Below, in pieces: positions 16,900 through 32,600 of a stretch of DNA of 64,000 nucleotides. This DNA is from Eledone cirrhosa. Its lineage: Eukaryota. How positions within the stretch are numbered: the stretch's first letter is position 1; each line of letters opens with the position of its first letter. The stretch spans positions 122,016,001-122,080,000 of the forward strand of contig OZ024744.1 in the NCBI GenBank assembly GCA_964016885.1. The letters are read 5' to 3'. The notes under the pieces are model-generated. The model made no database searches. It saw only the letters and a list, made by a program, of their open reading frames with translations, and was not told the DNA's origin. A program made the position numbers and the translations under genes.

Positions 16900-18165
16900 C
16901 AACACATGACCCAACCATCTCACACTATCTCTCTTCACAACATCCATTACTACCTCTATTGCTCTCACCCAGTCACTTTTATCCTTCCTCAACACATGAC
17001 CCAACCATCTCACACTATCTCTCTTCACAACATCCATCACTACCTCTATTCCTCTCACTCAGTCACATTCATACTACCTCAACACATGACCCAACCATCT
17101 CACACTGTCTCTCTTCACAACATCCATCACTACCTCTATTCCTCTCACCCAGTCACTTTTATACTTCCTCAACACATGACTCAACCATCTCACACTATCT
17201 CTCTTCACAACATCCATCACTACCTCTATTCCTCTCACCCAGTGACTTTTATCCTTCCTCAACACATGACCCAACCATCTCACACTATCTCTCTTCACAA
17301 CATCCATCACTACCTCTATTCCTCTCACCCAGTCACTTTTATCCTTCCTCAACACATGACCCAACCATCTCACACTATCTCTCTTCACAACATCCATCAC
17401 TACCTCTATTCCTCTCACCCAGTCACTTTTATCCTTCCCAAACACATGACCCAACCATCTCACACGATCACTCTTCACAACATCCATCACTGTCTCTATT
17501 CCTCTCACCCAGTCACTTTCATACTTCCTCAACACATGACCCAACCATCTCACACTATCTCTCTTCACAACATCCATTACTACCTCTATTGCTCTCACCC
17601 AGTCACTTTTATCCTTCCTCAACACATGACCCAACCATCTCACACTATCTCTCTTCACAACATCCATCACTACCTCTATTCCTCTCACTCAGTCACATTC
17701 ATACTACCTCAACACATGACCCAACCATCTCACACTGTCTCTCTTCACAACATCCATCACTACCTCTATTCCTCTCACCCAGTTACTTTTATACTTCCTC
17801 AACACATGACTCAACCATCTCACACTATCTCTCTTCACAACATCCATCACTACCTCTATTCCTCTCACCCAGTGACTTTTATCCTTCCTCAACACATGAC
17901 CCAACCATCTCACACTATCTCTCTTCACAACATCCATCACTACCTCTATTCCTCTCACCCAGTCACTTTTATCCTTCCTCAACACATGACCCAACCATCT
18001 CACACTATCTCTCTTCACAACATCCATCACTACCTCTATTCCTCTCACCCAGTCACTTTTATCCTTCCTCAACACATGACCCAACCATCTCACACGATCA
18101 CTCTTCACAACATCCATCACTATCTCTATTCCTCTCACCCAGTCACTTTCATACTTCCTCAACAC
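16900..18165. repeat. Local 7-monomer (630-bp) tandem duplication
   Basis: The marker series ATACTACCTC, CACTGTCT, ATGACTC, AGTGACT, CGATCACT recurs at offset 630 (ATACTACCTC at 17071 and 17701). A related 6-monomer (540-bp) version occurs at 20041/20581 and about 23820/24360. Confidence 0.85.
17953..18042 (-). mobile_element. Representative monomer in its probable ancestral register: fragment of an RTE-clade non-LTR retrotransposon (LINE) ORF, region just downstream of the RT core (applies to every monomer)
   Basis: Minus-strand translation is GIEVVMDVVKRDSVRWLGHVLRKDKSDWVR. It matches from memory the RTE-type motif (L)G(I/V)E...(D/E)....RLRW(F/L/Y)GHV.R(K/M)...DWVK. All 10 reverse-strand stop triplets in the consensus fall outside this frame. 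No database search was run. Confidence 0.72.
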
Positions 18166-19065
18166 ATGACCCAACCATCTCACACTATCTCTCTTCACAA
18201 CATCCATCACTACATCTATTCCTCTCACCCAGTCACTTTCATACTTCCTCAACACATGAGCCAACCATCTCACACTATCTCTCTTCACAACATCCAGCAC
18301 TACCTCCATTCCTCTCAGCCAGTCACTTTTATCTTTCCTCAACACATGACCCAACCATCTCACACTATCTCTCTTCACAACATCCATCACTACCTCTATT
18401 CCTCTCACCCAGTCACTTTCATACTTCCTCAACACATGAGCCAATCATCTCACACTATCTCCCTTTACAACATCCATCACTACCTCTATTCCTCTCACCC
18501 AGTCACATTCATACTTCCTCAACACATGACCCAACCATCTCACACTATCTCTCTTCACAACATCCATCACTACCTCTATTCCTCTCACACAGTCACTTTC
18601 ATACTTCCTCAACACATGACCCAACCATCTCACACTATCTCTCTTCACAACATCCATCACAACCTCTATTCCTCTTACCCAGTCACTTTTATCCTTCCTC
18701 AACACATGACCCAACCATCTCACACTATCTCTCTTCACAACATCCATTACTACCTGTATTCCTCTCACACAGTCACATTCATACTTCCTCAACACATGAC
18801 CCAACCATCTCACACTATCTCACTTCACAACATCCATTACTACCTCTATTGCTCTCACCCAGTCACTTTTATCGTTCCTCAACACATGACCCAACCATCT
18901 CACACTATCTCTCTTCACAACATCCATCACTACCTCTATTCCTCTCACCCAGTCAATTTTATACTTCCTCAACACATGACCCAACCATCTCACACGATCA
19001 CCCTTCACAACATCTATCACTACCTCTATTCCTCTCACCCAGTCACTTTCATACTTCCTCAACAC

Positions 19066-22000
19066 ATGACCCAACCATCTCACACTATCTCTCTTCACAA
19101 CATCCATCACTACCTCTGTTTCTCTCACCCAGTCACTTCATACTTCCTCAACACATGACCCAACCATCTCAAACTATCTCTCTTCACAACATCCATCACT
19201 ACCATTATTCCTCTCACACAGTCACTTTCATACTTCCTCAACACATGACCCAACCATCTCACACTATCTCTCTTCACAACATCCATCACTACCTCTATTC
19301 CTCTCACCCAGTCACTTTTATCCTTCCTCAACACATGACCAAACCATCTCACACTATCTCTCTTCACAACATCCATCACTACCTCTATTCACTCACCCAG
19401 TCACTTTTATCCTTCCTCAACACATGACCCAACCATCTCACACTATCTCTCTACACAACATCCATCACTACCTCTATTCCTATCACCCAGTCACATTCAT
19501 ACTTCCTCAACACAGGACCCAACCATCTCACACTATCTCTCTTCACAACATCCATCACTACCTCTATTCCTCTCACCCAGTCACTTTCATACTTCCTCAA
19601 CACATGAGCCAATCATCTCACACTATCTCCCTTTACAACATCCATCACTACCTCTATTCCTCTCACCCAGTCACATTCATACTTCCTCAACACATGACCC
19701 AACCATCTCACACTATCTCTCTTCACAACATCCATCACTACCTCTATTCCTCTCACACAGTCACTTTCATACTTCCTCAACACATGACCCGACCATCTCA
19801 CACTATCTCTCTTCACAACATCCATCACTACCTCTATTCCTCTCACACAGTCACTTTCATACTTCCTCAACACATGACCCAACCATCTCACACTATCTCT
19901 CTTCACAACATCCATTACTACCTCTATTGCTCTCACCCAGTCACTTTTATCCTTCCTCAACACATGACCCAACCATCTCACACTATCTCTCTTCACAACA
20001 TCCATCACTACCTCTATTCCTCTCACTCAGTCACATTCATACTACCTCAACACATGACCCAACCATCTCACACTGTCTCTCTTCACAACATCCATCACTA
20101 CCTCTATTCCTCTCACCCAGTCACTTTTATACTTCCTCAACACATGACTCAACCATCTCACACTATCTCTCTTCACAACATCCATCACTACCTCTATTCC
20201 TCTCACCCAGTGACTTTTATCCTTCCTCAACACATGACCCAACCATCTCACACTATCTCTCTTCACAACATCCATCACTACCTCTATTCCTCTCACCCAG
20301 TCACTTTTATCCTTCCTCAACACATGACCCAACCATCTCACACTATCTCTCTTCACAACATCCATCACTACCTCTATTCCTCTCACCCAGTGACTTTTAT
20401 CCTTCCTCAACACATGACCCAACCATCTCACACTATCTCTCTTCACAACATCCATTACTACCTCTATTGCTCTCACCCAGTCACTTTTATCCTTGCTCAA
20501 CACATGACCCAACCATCTCACACTATCTCTCTTCACAACATCCATCACTACCTCTATTCCTCTCACTCAGTCACATTCATACTACCTCAACACATGACCC
20601 AACCATCTCACACTGTCTCTCTTCACAACATCCATCACTACCTCTATTCCTCTCACACAGTCACTTTTATACTTCCTCAACACATGACTCAACCATCTCA
20701 CACTATCTCTCTTCACAACATCCATCACTACCTCTATTCCTCTCACCCAGTGACTTTTATCCTTCCTCAACACATGACCCAACCATCTCACACTATCTCT
20801 CTTCACAACATCCATCACTACCTCTATTCCTCTCACCCTGTCACTTTTATCCTTCCTCAACACATGACCCAACCATCTAACACTATCTCTCTTCACAACA
20901 TCCATCACTACCTCTATTCCTCTCACCCAGTCACTTTTATCCTTCCTCAACACATGACCCAACCATCTCACACGATCACTCTTCACAACATCCATCACTA
21001 TCTCTATTCCTCTCACCCAGTCACTTTCATACTTCCTCAACACATGACCCAACCATCTCACACTATCTCTCTTCACAACATCCATCACTACATCTATTCC
21101 TCTCACCCAGTCACTTTCATACTTCCTCAACACATGAGCCAACCATCTCACACTATCTCTCTTCACAACATCCAGCACTACCTCCATTCCACTCAGCCAG
21201 TCACTTTTATCTTTCCTCAACACATGACCCAACCATCTCACACTGTCTCTCTTCACAACATCCATCACTACCTCTATTCCTCTCACCCAGTCACTTTCAT
21301 ACTTCCTCAACACATGACCCAATCATCTCACACTATCTCCCTTTACAACATCCATCACTACCTCTATTCCTCTCACCCAGTCACATTCATACTTCCTCAA
21401 CACATGACCCAACCATCTCACACTATCTCTCTTCACAACATCCATCACTACCTCTATTCCTCTCACACAGTCACTTTCATACTTCCTCAACACATGACCC
21501 AACCATCTCACACTATCTCTCTTCACAACATCCATCACAACCTCTATTCCTCTTACCCAGTCACTTTTATCCTTCCTGAACACATGACCCAACCATCTCA
21601 CACTATCTCTCTTCACAACATCCATTACTACCTGTATTCCTCTCACACAGTCACATTCATACTTCCTCAACACATGACCCAACCATCTCACACTATCTCA
21701 CTTCACAATATCCATTACTACCTCTATTGCTCTCACCCAGTCACTTTTATCGTTCCTCAACACATGACCCAACCATCTCACACTATCTCTCTTCACAACA
21801 TCCATCACTACCTCTATTCCTCTCACCCAGTCACTTTTATACATCCTCAACACATGACCCAACCATCTCACACTATCTCTCTTCACAACATCCATCATTA
21901 CCTCTATTCCTTTCACCCAGTCACTTTTATCCTTCCTCAACACATGACCCAACCATCTCACACGATCACCCTTCACAACATCTATCACTACCTCTATTCC

Positions 22001-25000
22001 TCTCACCCAGTCACTTTCATACTTCCTCAACACATGACCCAACCATCTCACACTATCTCTCTTCACAACATCCATCACTACCTCTGTTTCTCTCACCCAG
22101 TCACTTCATACTTCCTCAACACATGACCCAACCATCTCAAACTATCTCTCTTCACAACATCCATCACTACCTTTATTCCTCTCACACAGTCACTTTCATA
22201 CTTCCTCAACACATGACCCAACCATCTCACACTATCTCTCTTCACAACATCCATCACTACCTCTATTCCTCTCACCCAGTCACTTTTATCCTTCCTCAAC
22301 ACATGACCAAACCATCTCACACTATCTCTCTTCACAACATCCATCACTACCTCTATTCCTCTCAACCGGTCACTTTTATCCTTCCTCAACACATGACCCA
22401 ACCATCTCACACTATCTCTCTTCACAACATCCATCACTACCTCTATTCACTCACCCAGTCACTTTTATCCTTCCTCAACACATGACCCAACCATCTCACA
22501 CTATCTCTCTACACAACATCCATCACTACCTCTATTCCTATCACCCAGTCACATTCATACTTCCTCAACACAGGACCCAACCATCTCTCACTATCTCTCT
22601 TCACAACATCCATCACTACCTCTGTTCCTCTCACCCAGTCACATTCATACATCCTCAACACATGACCCAACCATCTCACACTATCTCTCTTCACAACATC
22701 CATCACTACCTCTATTCCTCTCACCCAGTCACTTTCATACTTCCTCAACACATGACCCAACCATCCCACAGTATCTCTCTTCACAACATCCATCACTACC
22801 TCTGTTCCTCTCACCCAGTCACATTCATACTTCCTCAACACATGACCCAACCATCTCACACTATCTCTCTTCACAACATCCATCACTACCTCTGTTTCTC
22901 TCACCCAGTCACTTCATACTTCCTCAACACATGACCCAACCATCTCAAACTATCTCTCTTCACAACATCCATCACTACCATTATTCCTCTCACACAGTCA
23001 CTTTCATACTTCCTCAACACATGACCCAACCATCTCACACTATCTCTCTTCACAACATCCATCACTACCTCTATTCCTCTCACCCAGTCACTTTTATCCT
23101 TCCACAACACATGACCAAACCATCTCACACTATCTCTCTTCACAACATCCATCACTACCTCTATTCACTCACCCAGTCACTTTTATCCTTCCTCAACACA
23201 TGACCCAACCATCTCACACTATCTCTCTACACAACATCCATCACTACCTCTATTCCTATCACCCAGTCACATTCATACTTCCTCAACACAGGACCCAACC
23301 ATCTCACACTATCTCTCTTCACAACATCCATCACTACCTCTATTCCTCTCACCCAGTCACTTTCATACTTCCTCAACACATGAGCCAATCATCTCACACT
23401 ATCTCCCTTTACAACATCCATCACTACCTCTATTCCTCTCACCCAGTCACATTCATACTTCCTCAACACATGACCCAACCATCTCACACTATCTCTCTTC
23501 ACAACATCCATCACTACCTCTATTCCTCTCACACAGTCACTTTCATACTTCCTCAACACATGACCCGACCATCTCACACTATCTCTCTTCACAACATCCA
23601 TCACTACCTCTATTCCTCTCACACAGTCACTTTCATACTTCCTCAACACATGACCCAACCATCTCACACTATCTCTCTTCACAACATCCATTACTACCTC
23701 TATTGCTCTCACCCAGTCACTTTTATCCTTCCTCAACACATGACCCAACCATCTCACACTATCTCTCTTCACAACATCCATCACTACCTCTATTCCTCTC
23801 ACTCAGTCACATTCATACTACCTCAACACATGACCCAACCATCTCACACTGTCTCTCTTCACAACATCCATCACTACCTCTATTCCTCTCACCCAGTCAC
23901 TTTTATACTTCCTCAACACATGACTCAACCATCTCACACTATCTCTCTTCACAACATCCATCACTACCTCTATTCCTCTCACCCAGTGACTTTTATCCTT
24001 CCTCAACACATGACCCAACCATCTCACACTATCTCTCTTCACAACATCCATCACTACCTCTATTCCTCTCACCCAGTCACTTTTATCCTTCCTCAACACA
24101 TGACCCAACCATCTCACACTATCTCTCTTCACAACATCCATCACTACCTCTATTCCTCTCACCCAGTCACTTTTATCCTTCCTCAACACATGACCCAACC
24201 ATCTCACACTATCTCTCTTCACAACATCCATTACTACCTCTATTGCTCTCACCCAGTCACTTTTATCCTTCCTCAACACATGACCCAACCATCTCACACT
24301 ATCTCTCTTCACAACATCCATCACTACCTCTATTCCTCTCACTCAGTCACATTCATACTACCTCAACACATGACCCAACCATCTCACACTGTCTCTCTTC
24401 ACAACATCCATCACTACCTCTATTCCTCTCACCCAGTCACTTTTATACTTCCTCAACACATGACTCAACCATCTCACACTATCTCTCTTCACAACATCCA
24501 TCACTACCTCTATTCCTCTCACCCAGTGACTTTTATCCTTCCTCAACACATGACCCAACCATCTCACACTATCTCTCTTCACAACATCCATCACTACCTC
24601 TATTCCTCTCACCCAGTCACTTTTATCCTTCCTCAACACATGACCCAACCATCTCACACTATCTCTCTTCACAACATCCATCACTACCTCTATTCCTCTC
24701 ACCCAGTCACTTTTATCCTTCCTCAACACATGACCCAACCATCTCACACGATCACTCTTCACAACATCCATCACTATCTCTATTCCTCTCACCCAGTCAC
24801 TTTCATACTTCCTCAACACATGACCCAACCATCTCACACTATCTCTCTTCACAACATCCATCACTACATCTATTCCTCTCACCCAGTCACTTTCATACTT
24901 CCTCAACACATGAGCCAACCATCTCACACTATCTCTCTTCACAACATCCAGCACTACCTCCATTCCACTCAGCCAGTCACTTTTATCTTTCCTCAACACA

Positions 25001-26600
25001 TGACCCAACCATCTCACACTGTCTCTCTTCACAACATCCATCACTACCTCTATTCCTCTCACCCAGTCACTTTCATACTTCCTCAACACATGAGCCAATC
25101 ATCTCACACTATCTCCCTTTACAACATCCATCACTACCTCTATTCCTCTCACCCAGTCACATTCATACTTCCTCAACACATGACCCAACCATCTCACACT
25201 ATCTCTCTTCACAACATCCATCACTACCTCTATTCCTCTCACACAGTCACTTTCATACTTCCTCAACACATGACCCAACCATCTCACACTATCTCTCTTC
25301 ACAACATCCATCACAACCTCTATTCCTCTTACCCAGTCACTTTTATCCTTCCTGAACACATGACCCAACCATCTCACACTATCTCTCTTCACAACATCCA
25401 TTACTACCTGTATTCCTCTCACACAGTCACATTCATACTTCCTCAACACATGACCCAACCATCTCACACTATCTCACTTCACAACATCCATTACTACCTC
25501 TATTGCTCTCACCCAGTCACTTTTATCGTTCCTCAACACATGACCCAACCATCTCACACTATCTCTCTTCACAACATCCATCACTACCTCTATTCCTCTC
25601 ACCCAGTCACTTTTATACATCCTCAACACATGACCCAACCATCTCACACTATCTCTCTTCACAACATCCATCATTACCTCTATTCCTTTCACCCAGTCAC
25701 TTTTATCCTTCCTCAACACATGACCCAACCATCTCACACGATCACCCTTCACAACATCTATCACTACCTCTATTCCTCTCACCCAGTCACTTTCATACTT
25801 CCTCAACACATGACCCAACCATCTCACACTATCTCTCTTCACAACATCCATCACTACCTCTGTTTCTCTCACCCAGTCACTTCATACTTCCTCAACACAT
25901 GACCCAACCATCTCAAACTATCTCTCTTCACAACATCCATCACTACCTTTATTCCTCTCACACAGTCACTTTCATACTTCCTCAACACATGACCCAACCA
26001 TCTCACACTATCTCTCTTCACAACATCCATCACTACCTCTATTCCTCTCACCCAGTCACTTTTATCCTTCCTCAACACATGACTAAACCATCTCACACTA
26101 TCTCTCTTCACAACATCCATCACTACCTCTATTCCTCTCAACCGGTCACTTTTATCCTTCCTCAACACATGACCCAACCATCTCACACTATCTCTCTTCA
26201 CAACATCCATCACTACCTCTATTCACTCACCCAGTCACTTTTATCCTTCCTCAACACATGACCCAACCATCTCACACTATCTCTCTACACAACATCCATC
26301 ACTACCTCTATTCCTATCACCCAGTCACATTCATACTTCCTCAACACAGGACCCAACCATCTCACACTATCTCTCTTCACAACATCCATCACTACCTCTG
26401 TTCCTCTCACCCAGTCACATTCATACATCCTCAACACATGACCCAACCATCTCACACTATCTCTCTTCACAACATCCATCACTACCTCTATTCCTCTCAC
26501 CCAGTCACTTTCATACTTCCTCAACACATGACCCAACCATCCCACAGTATCTCTCTTCACAACATCCATCACTACCTCTGTTCCTCTCACCCAGTCACTT
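19066..26600. repeat. Higher-order tandem duplication, 3776-bp period (42 monomers)
   Basis: ORFs 19424..22126 / 23200..25902, 19125..19379 / 22901..23155 and 21727..22485 / 25503..26261. Private markers ACCATTATT (19201 / 22977) and ATTCCACTCAGCC (21186 / 24962) sit at offset 3776. Confidence 0.92.
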
Positions 26601-29600
26601 TTATCCTTCCTCAACACATGACCCAACCATCTCACACTATCTCTCTTCACAACATCCATCACTACCTCTATTCCTCTCACCCAGTCACTTTTATCCTTCC
26701 TCAACACATGACCCAACCATCTCACACTATCTCTCTTCACAACATCCATCACTACCTCTATTCCTCTCACACAGTCACTTTCATACTTCCTCAACACATG
26801 ACCCAACCATCTCACACTATCTCTCTTCACAACATCCATCACAACCTCTATTCCTCTTACCCAGTCATTTTTATCCTTCCTGAACACATGACCCAACCAT
26901 CTCACACTATCTCTCTTCACAACATCCATCACTACCTCTATTCCTCTCACCCAGTCACATTCATACTTCCTCAACACATGACCAAACCATCTCACACTAT
27001 CTCTATTCACAACATCCATCACAACCTCTATTCCTCTCACACAGTCACTTTCATACTTCCTCAACACATGACCCAACCATCTCACACTATCTCTCTTCAC
27101 AACATTCATCACAACCTCTATTCCTCTTACCCAGTCATTTTTATCCTTCCTGAACACATGACCCAACCATCTCACACTATCTCTCTTCACAACATCCATC
27201 ACTACCTCTATTCCTCTCACCCAGTCACATTCATACTTCCTCAACACATGACCAAACCATCTCACACTATCTCTCTTCACAACATCCATCACTACCTCTA
27301 TTCCTCTCACCCAGTCACTTTTATCCTTCCCAAACACATGACCCAACCATCTCACACTATCTCTCTTCACAACATCCATCACTACCTCTATTCCTTTCAC
27401 CCAGTCACTTTTATCCTTCCTCAACACATGACCCAACCATCTCACACGATCACCCTTCACAACATCTATCACTACCTCTATTCCTCTCACCCAGTCACTT
27501 TCATACTTCCTCAACACATGACCCAACCATCTCACACTATCTCTCTTCACAACATCCATCACTACCTCTGTTTCTCTCACCCAGTCACTTCATACTTCCT
27601 CAACACATGACCCAACCATCTCAAACTATCTCTCTTCACAACATCCATCACTACCTTTATTCCTCTCACACAGTCACTTTCATACTTCCTCAACACATGA
27701 CCCAACCATCTCACACTATCTCTCTTCACAACATCCATCACTACCTCTATTCCTCTCACCCAGTCACTTTTATCCTTCCTCAACACATGACCCAACCATC
27801 TCACACTATCTCTCTTCACAACATCCATCACTACCTCTATTCCTCTCACACAGTCACTTTCATACTTCCTCAACACATGACCCAACCATCTCACACTATC
27901 TCTCTTCACAACATCCATCACAACCTCTATTCCTCTTACCCAGTCATTTTTATCCTTCCTGAACACATGACCTAACCATCTCACACTATCTCTCTTCACA
28001 ACATCCATCACTACCTCTATTCCTCTCACCCAGTCACATTCATACTTCCTCAACACATGACCAAACCATCTCACACTATCTCTATTCACAACATCCATCA
28101 CAACCTCTATTCCTCTCACACAGTCACTTTCATACTTCCTCAACACATGACCCAACCATCTCACACTATCTCTCTTCACAACATTCATCACAACCTCTAT
28201 TCCTCTTACCCAGTCATTTTTATCCTTCCTGAACACATGACCCAACCATCTCACACTATCTCTCTTCACAACATCCATCACTACCTCTATTCCTCTCACC
28301 CAGTCACATTCATACTTCCTCAACACATGACCAAACCATCTCACACTATCTCTCTTCACAACATCCATCACTACCTCTATTCCTCTCACCCAGTCACTTT
28401 TATCCTTCCCAAACACATGACCCAACCATCTCACACTATCTCTCTTCACAACATCCATCACTACCTCTATTCCTCTCACACAGTCACTTTCATACTTCCT
28501 CAACACATGACCCAACCATCTCACACTATCTCTCTTCACAACATCCATCACTACCTCTATTCCTCTCACCCAGTCACTTTTATCCTTCCTCAACACATGA
28601 CCCAACCATCTCACACTATCTCTCTTCACAACATCCATCACTACCTCTATTCCTCTCACACAGTCACTTTCATACTTCCTCAACACATGACCCAACCATC
28701 TCACACTATCTCTCTTCACAACATCCATTACAACCTCTATTCCTCTTACCCAGTCATTTTTATCCTTCCTGAACACATGACCCAACCATCTCACACTATC
28801 TCTCTTCACAACATCCATCACTACCTCTATTCCTCTCACCCAGTCACATTCATACTTCTTCAACACATGACCAAACCATCTCACACTATCTCTATTCACA
28901 ACATCCATCACAACCTCTATTCCTCTCACACAGTCACTTTCATACTTCCTCAACACATGACCCAACCATCTCACACTATCTCTCTTCACAACATTCATCA
29001 CAACCTCTATTCCTCTTACCCAGTCATTTTTATCCTTCCTGAACACATGACCCAACCATCTCACACTATCTCTCTTCACAACATCCATCACTACCTCTGT
29101 TTCTCTCACCCAGTCACATTCATACTTCCTCAACTCATGACCCAACCATCTCACACTATCTCTCTTCACAACATCCATCACTACCTTTCTTCCTCTCACA
29201 CAGTCACTTTCATACTTCCTCAACACATGACCCAACCATCTCACACTATCTCTCTTCACAACATCCATTACTACCTCTATTGCTCTCACCCAGTCACTTT
29301 TATCCTTCCTCAACACATGACCCAACCATCTCACACTATCCCTCTTCACAACATCCATCACTACCTCTATTCCTCTCACTCAGTCACATTCATACTACCT
29401 CAACACATGACCCAACCATCTCACACTGTCTCTCTTCACAACATCCATCACTACCTCTATTCCTCTCACCCAGTCACTTTTATACTTCCTCAACACATGA
29501 CTCAACCATCTCACACTATCTCTCTTCACAACATCCATCACTACCTCTATTCCTCTCACCCAGTGACTTTTATCCTTCCTCAACACATGACCCAACCATC

Positions 29601-32600
29601 TCACACTATCTCTCTTCACAACATCCATCACTACCTCTATTCCTCTCACCCAGTCACTTTTATCCTTCCTCAACACATGACCCAACCATCTCACACTATC
29701 TCTCTTCACAACATCCATCACTACCTCTATTCCTCTCACCCAGTCACTTTTATCCTTCCTCAACACATGACCCAACCATCTCACACGATCACTCTTCACA
29801 ACATCCATCACTATCTCTATTCCTCTCACCCAGTCACTTTCATACTTCCTCAACACATGACCCAACCATCTCACACTATCTCTCTTCACAACATCCATCA
29901 CTACATCTATTCCTCTCACCCAGTCACTTTCATACTTCCTCAACACATGAGCCAACCATCTCACACTATCTCTCTTCACAACATCCAGCACTACCTCCAT
30001 TCCTCTCAGCCAGTCACTTTTATCTTTCCTCAACACATGACCCAACCATCTCACACTATCTCTCTTCACAACATCCATCACTACCTCTATTCCTCTCACC
30101 CAGTCACTTTCATACTTCCTCAACACATGAGCCAATCATCTCACACTATTTCCCTTTACAACATCCATCTCTACCTCTATTCCTCTCACCCAGTCACATC
30201 CATACTTCCTCAACACATGACCCAACCATCTCACACTATCTCTCTTCACAACATCCATCACTACCTCTATTCCTCTCACACAGTCACTTTCATACTTCCT
30301 CAACACATGACCCAACCATCTCACACTATCTCTCTTCACAACATCCATCACAACCTCTATTCCTCTTACCCAGTCACTTTTATCCTTCCTGAACACATGA
30401 CCCAACCATCTCACACTATCTCTCTTCACAACATCCATTACTACCTGTATTCCTCTCACACAGTCACATTCATACTTCCTCAACACATGACCCAACCATC
30501 TCACACTATCTCACTTCACAACATCCATTACTACCTCTATTGCTCTCACCCAGTCACTTTTATCGTTCCTCAACACATGACCCAACCATCTCACACTATC
30601 TCTCTTCACAACATCCATCACTACCTTTATTCCTCTCACACAGTCACTTTCATACTTCCTCAACACATGACCCAACCATCTCACACTATCTCTCTTCACA
30701 ACATCCATCACTACCTCTATTCCTCTCACCCAGTCACTTTTATCCTTCCTCAACACATGACCCAACCATCTCACACTATCTCTCTTCACAACATCCATCA
30801 CTACCTCTATTCCTCTCACCCAGTCACTTTTATCCTTCCTCAACACATGACCCAACCATCTCACACTATCTCTCTTCACAACATCCATCACTACCTCTAT
30901 TCCTCTCACACAGTCACTTTCATACTTCCTCAACACATGACCCAACCATCTCACACTATCTCTCTTCACAACATCCATCACAACCTCTATTCCTCTTACC
31001 CAGTCATTTTTATCCTTCCTGAACACATGACCCAACCATCTCACACTATCTCTCTTCACAACATCCATCACTACCTCTATTCCTCTCACCCAGTCACATT
31101 CATACTTCCTCAACACATGACCAAACCATCTCACACTATCTCTATTCACAACATCCATCACAACCTCTATTCCTCTCACACAGTCACTTTCATACTTCCT
31201 CAACACATGACCCAACCATCTGACACTATCTCTCTTCACAACATCCATCACTACCTCTATTCCTCTCACACAGTCACTTTCATACTTCCTCAACACATGA
31301 CCCAACCACCTCACACTATCTCTCTTCACAACATCCATCACTACCTCTATTCCTCTCACCCAGTCACTTTTATCCTTCCTCAACACATGACCCAACCATC
31401 TCACACTATCTCTCTTCACAACATCCATCACTACCTCTATTCCTCTCACCCAGTCACATTCATACTTCCTCAACACATGACCAAACCATCTCACACTATC
31501 TCTCTTCACAACATCCATCACTACCTCTATTCCTCTCACCCAGTCACTTTTATCCTTCACAAACACATGACCCAACCATCTCACACTATCTCTCTTCACA
31601 ACATCCATCACTACCTCTATTCCTCTCACACAGTCACTTTCATACTTCCTCAACACATGACCCAACCATCTCACACTATCTCTCTTCACAACATCCATCA
31701 CTACCTCTATTCCTCTCACCCAGTCACTTTTATCCTTCCTCAACACATGACCCAACCATCTAACACTATCTCTCTTCACAACATCCATCACTACCTCTAT
31801 TCCTCTCACACAGTCACTTTCATACTTCCTCAACACATGACCCAACCATCTCACACTATCTCTCTTCACAACATCCATCACAACCTCTATTCCTCTTACC
31901 CAGTCATTTTTATCCTTCCTGAACACATGACCCAACCATCTCACACTATCTCTCTTCACAACATCCATCACTACCTCTATTCCTCTCACCCAGTCACATT
32001 CATACTTCCTCAACACATGACCAAACCATCTCACACTATCTCTATTCACAACATCCATCACAACCTCTATTCCTCTCACACAGTCACTTTCATACTTCCT
32101 CAACACATGACCCAACCATCTCACACTATCTCTCTTCACAACATTCATCACAACCTCTATTCCTCTTACCCAGTCATTTTTATCCTTCCTGAACACATGA
32201 CCCAACCATCTCACACTATCTCTCTTCACAACATCCATCACTACCTCTGTTTCTCTCACCCAGTCACATTCATACTTCCTCAACTCATGACCCAACCATC
32301 TCACACTATCTCTCTTCACAACATCCATCACTACCTTTATTCCTCTCACACAGTCACTTTCATACTTCCTCAACACATGACCCAACCATCTCACACTATC
32401 TCTCTTCACAACATCCATTACTACCTCTATTGCTCTCACCCAGTCACTTTTATCCTTCCTCAACACATGACCCAACCATCTCACACTATCTCTCTTCACA
32501 ACATCCATCACTACCTCTATTCCTCTCACTCAGTCACATTCATACTACCTCAACACATGACCCAACCATCTCACACTCTCTCTCTTCACAACATCCATCA

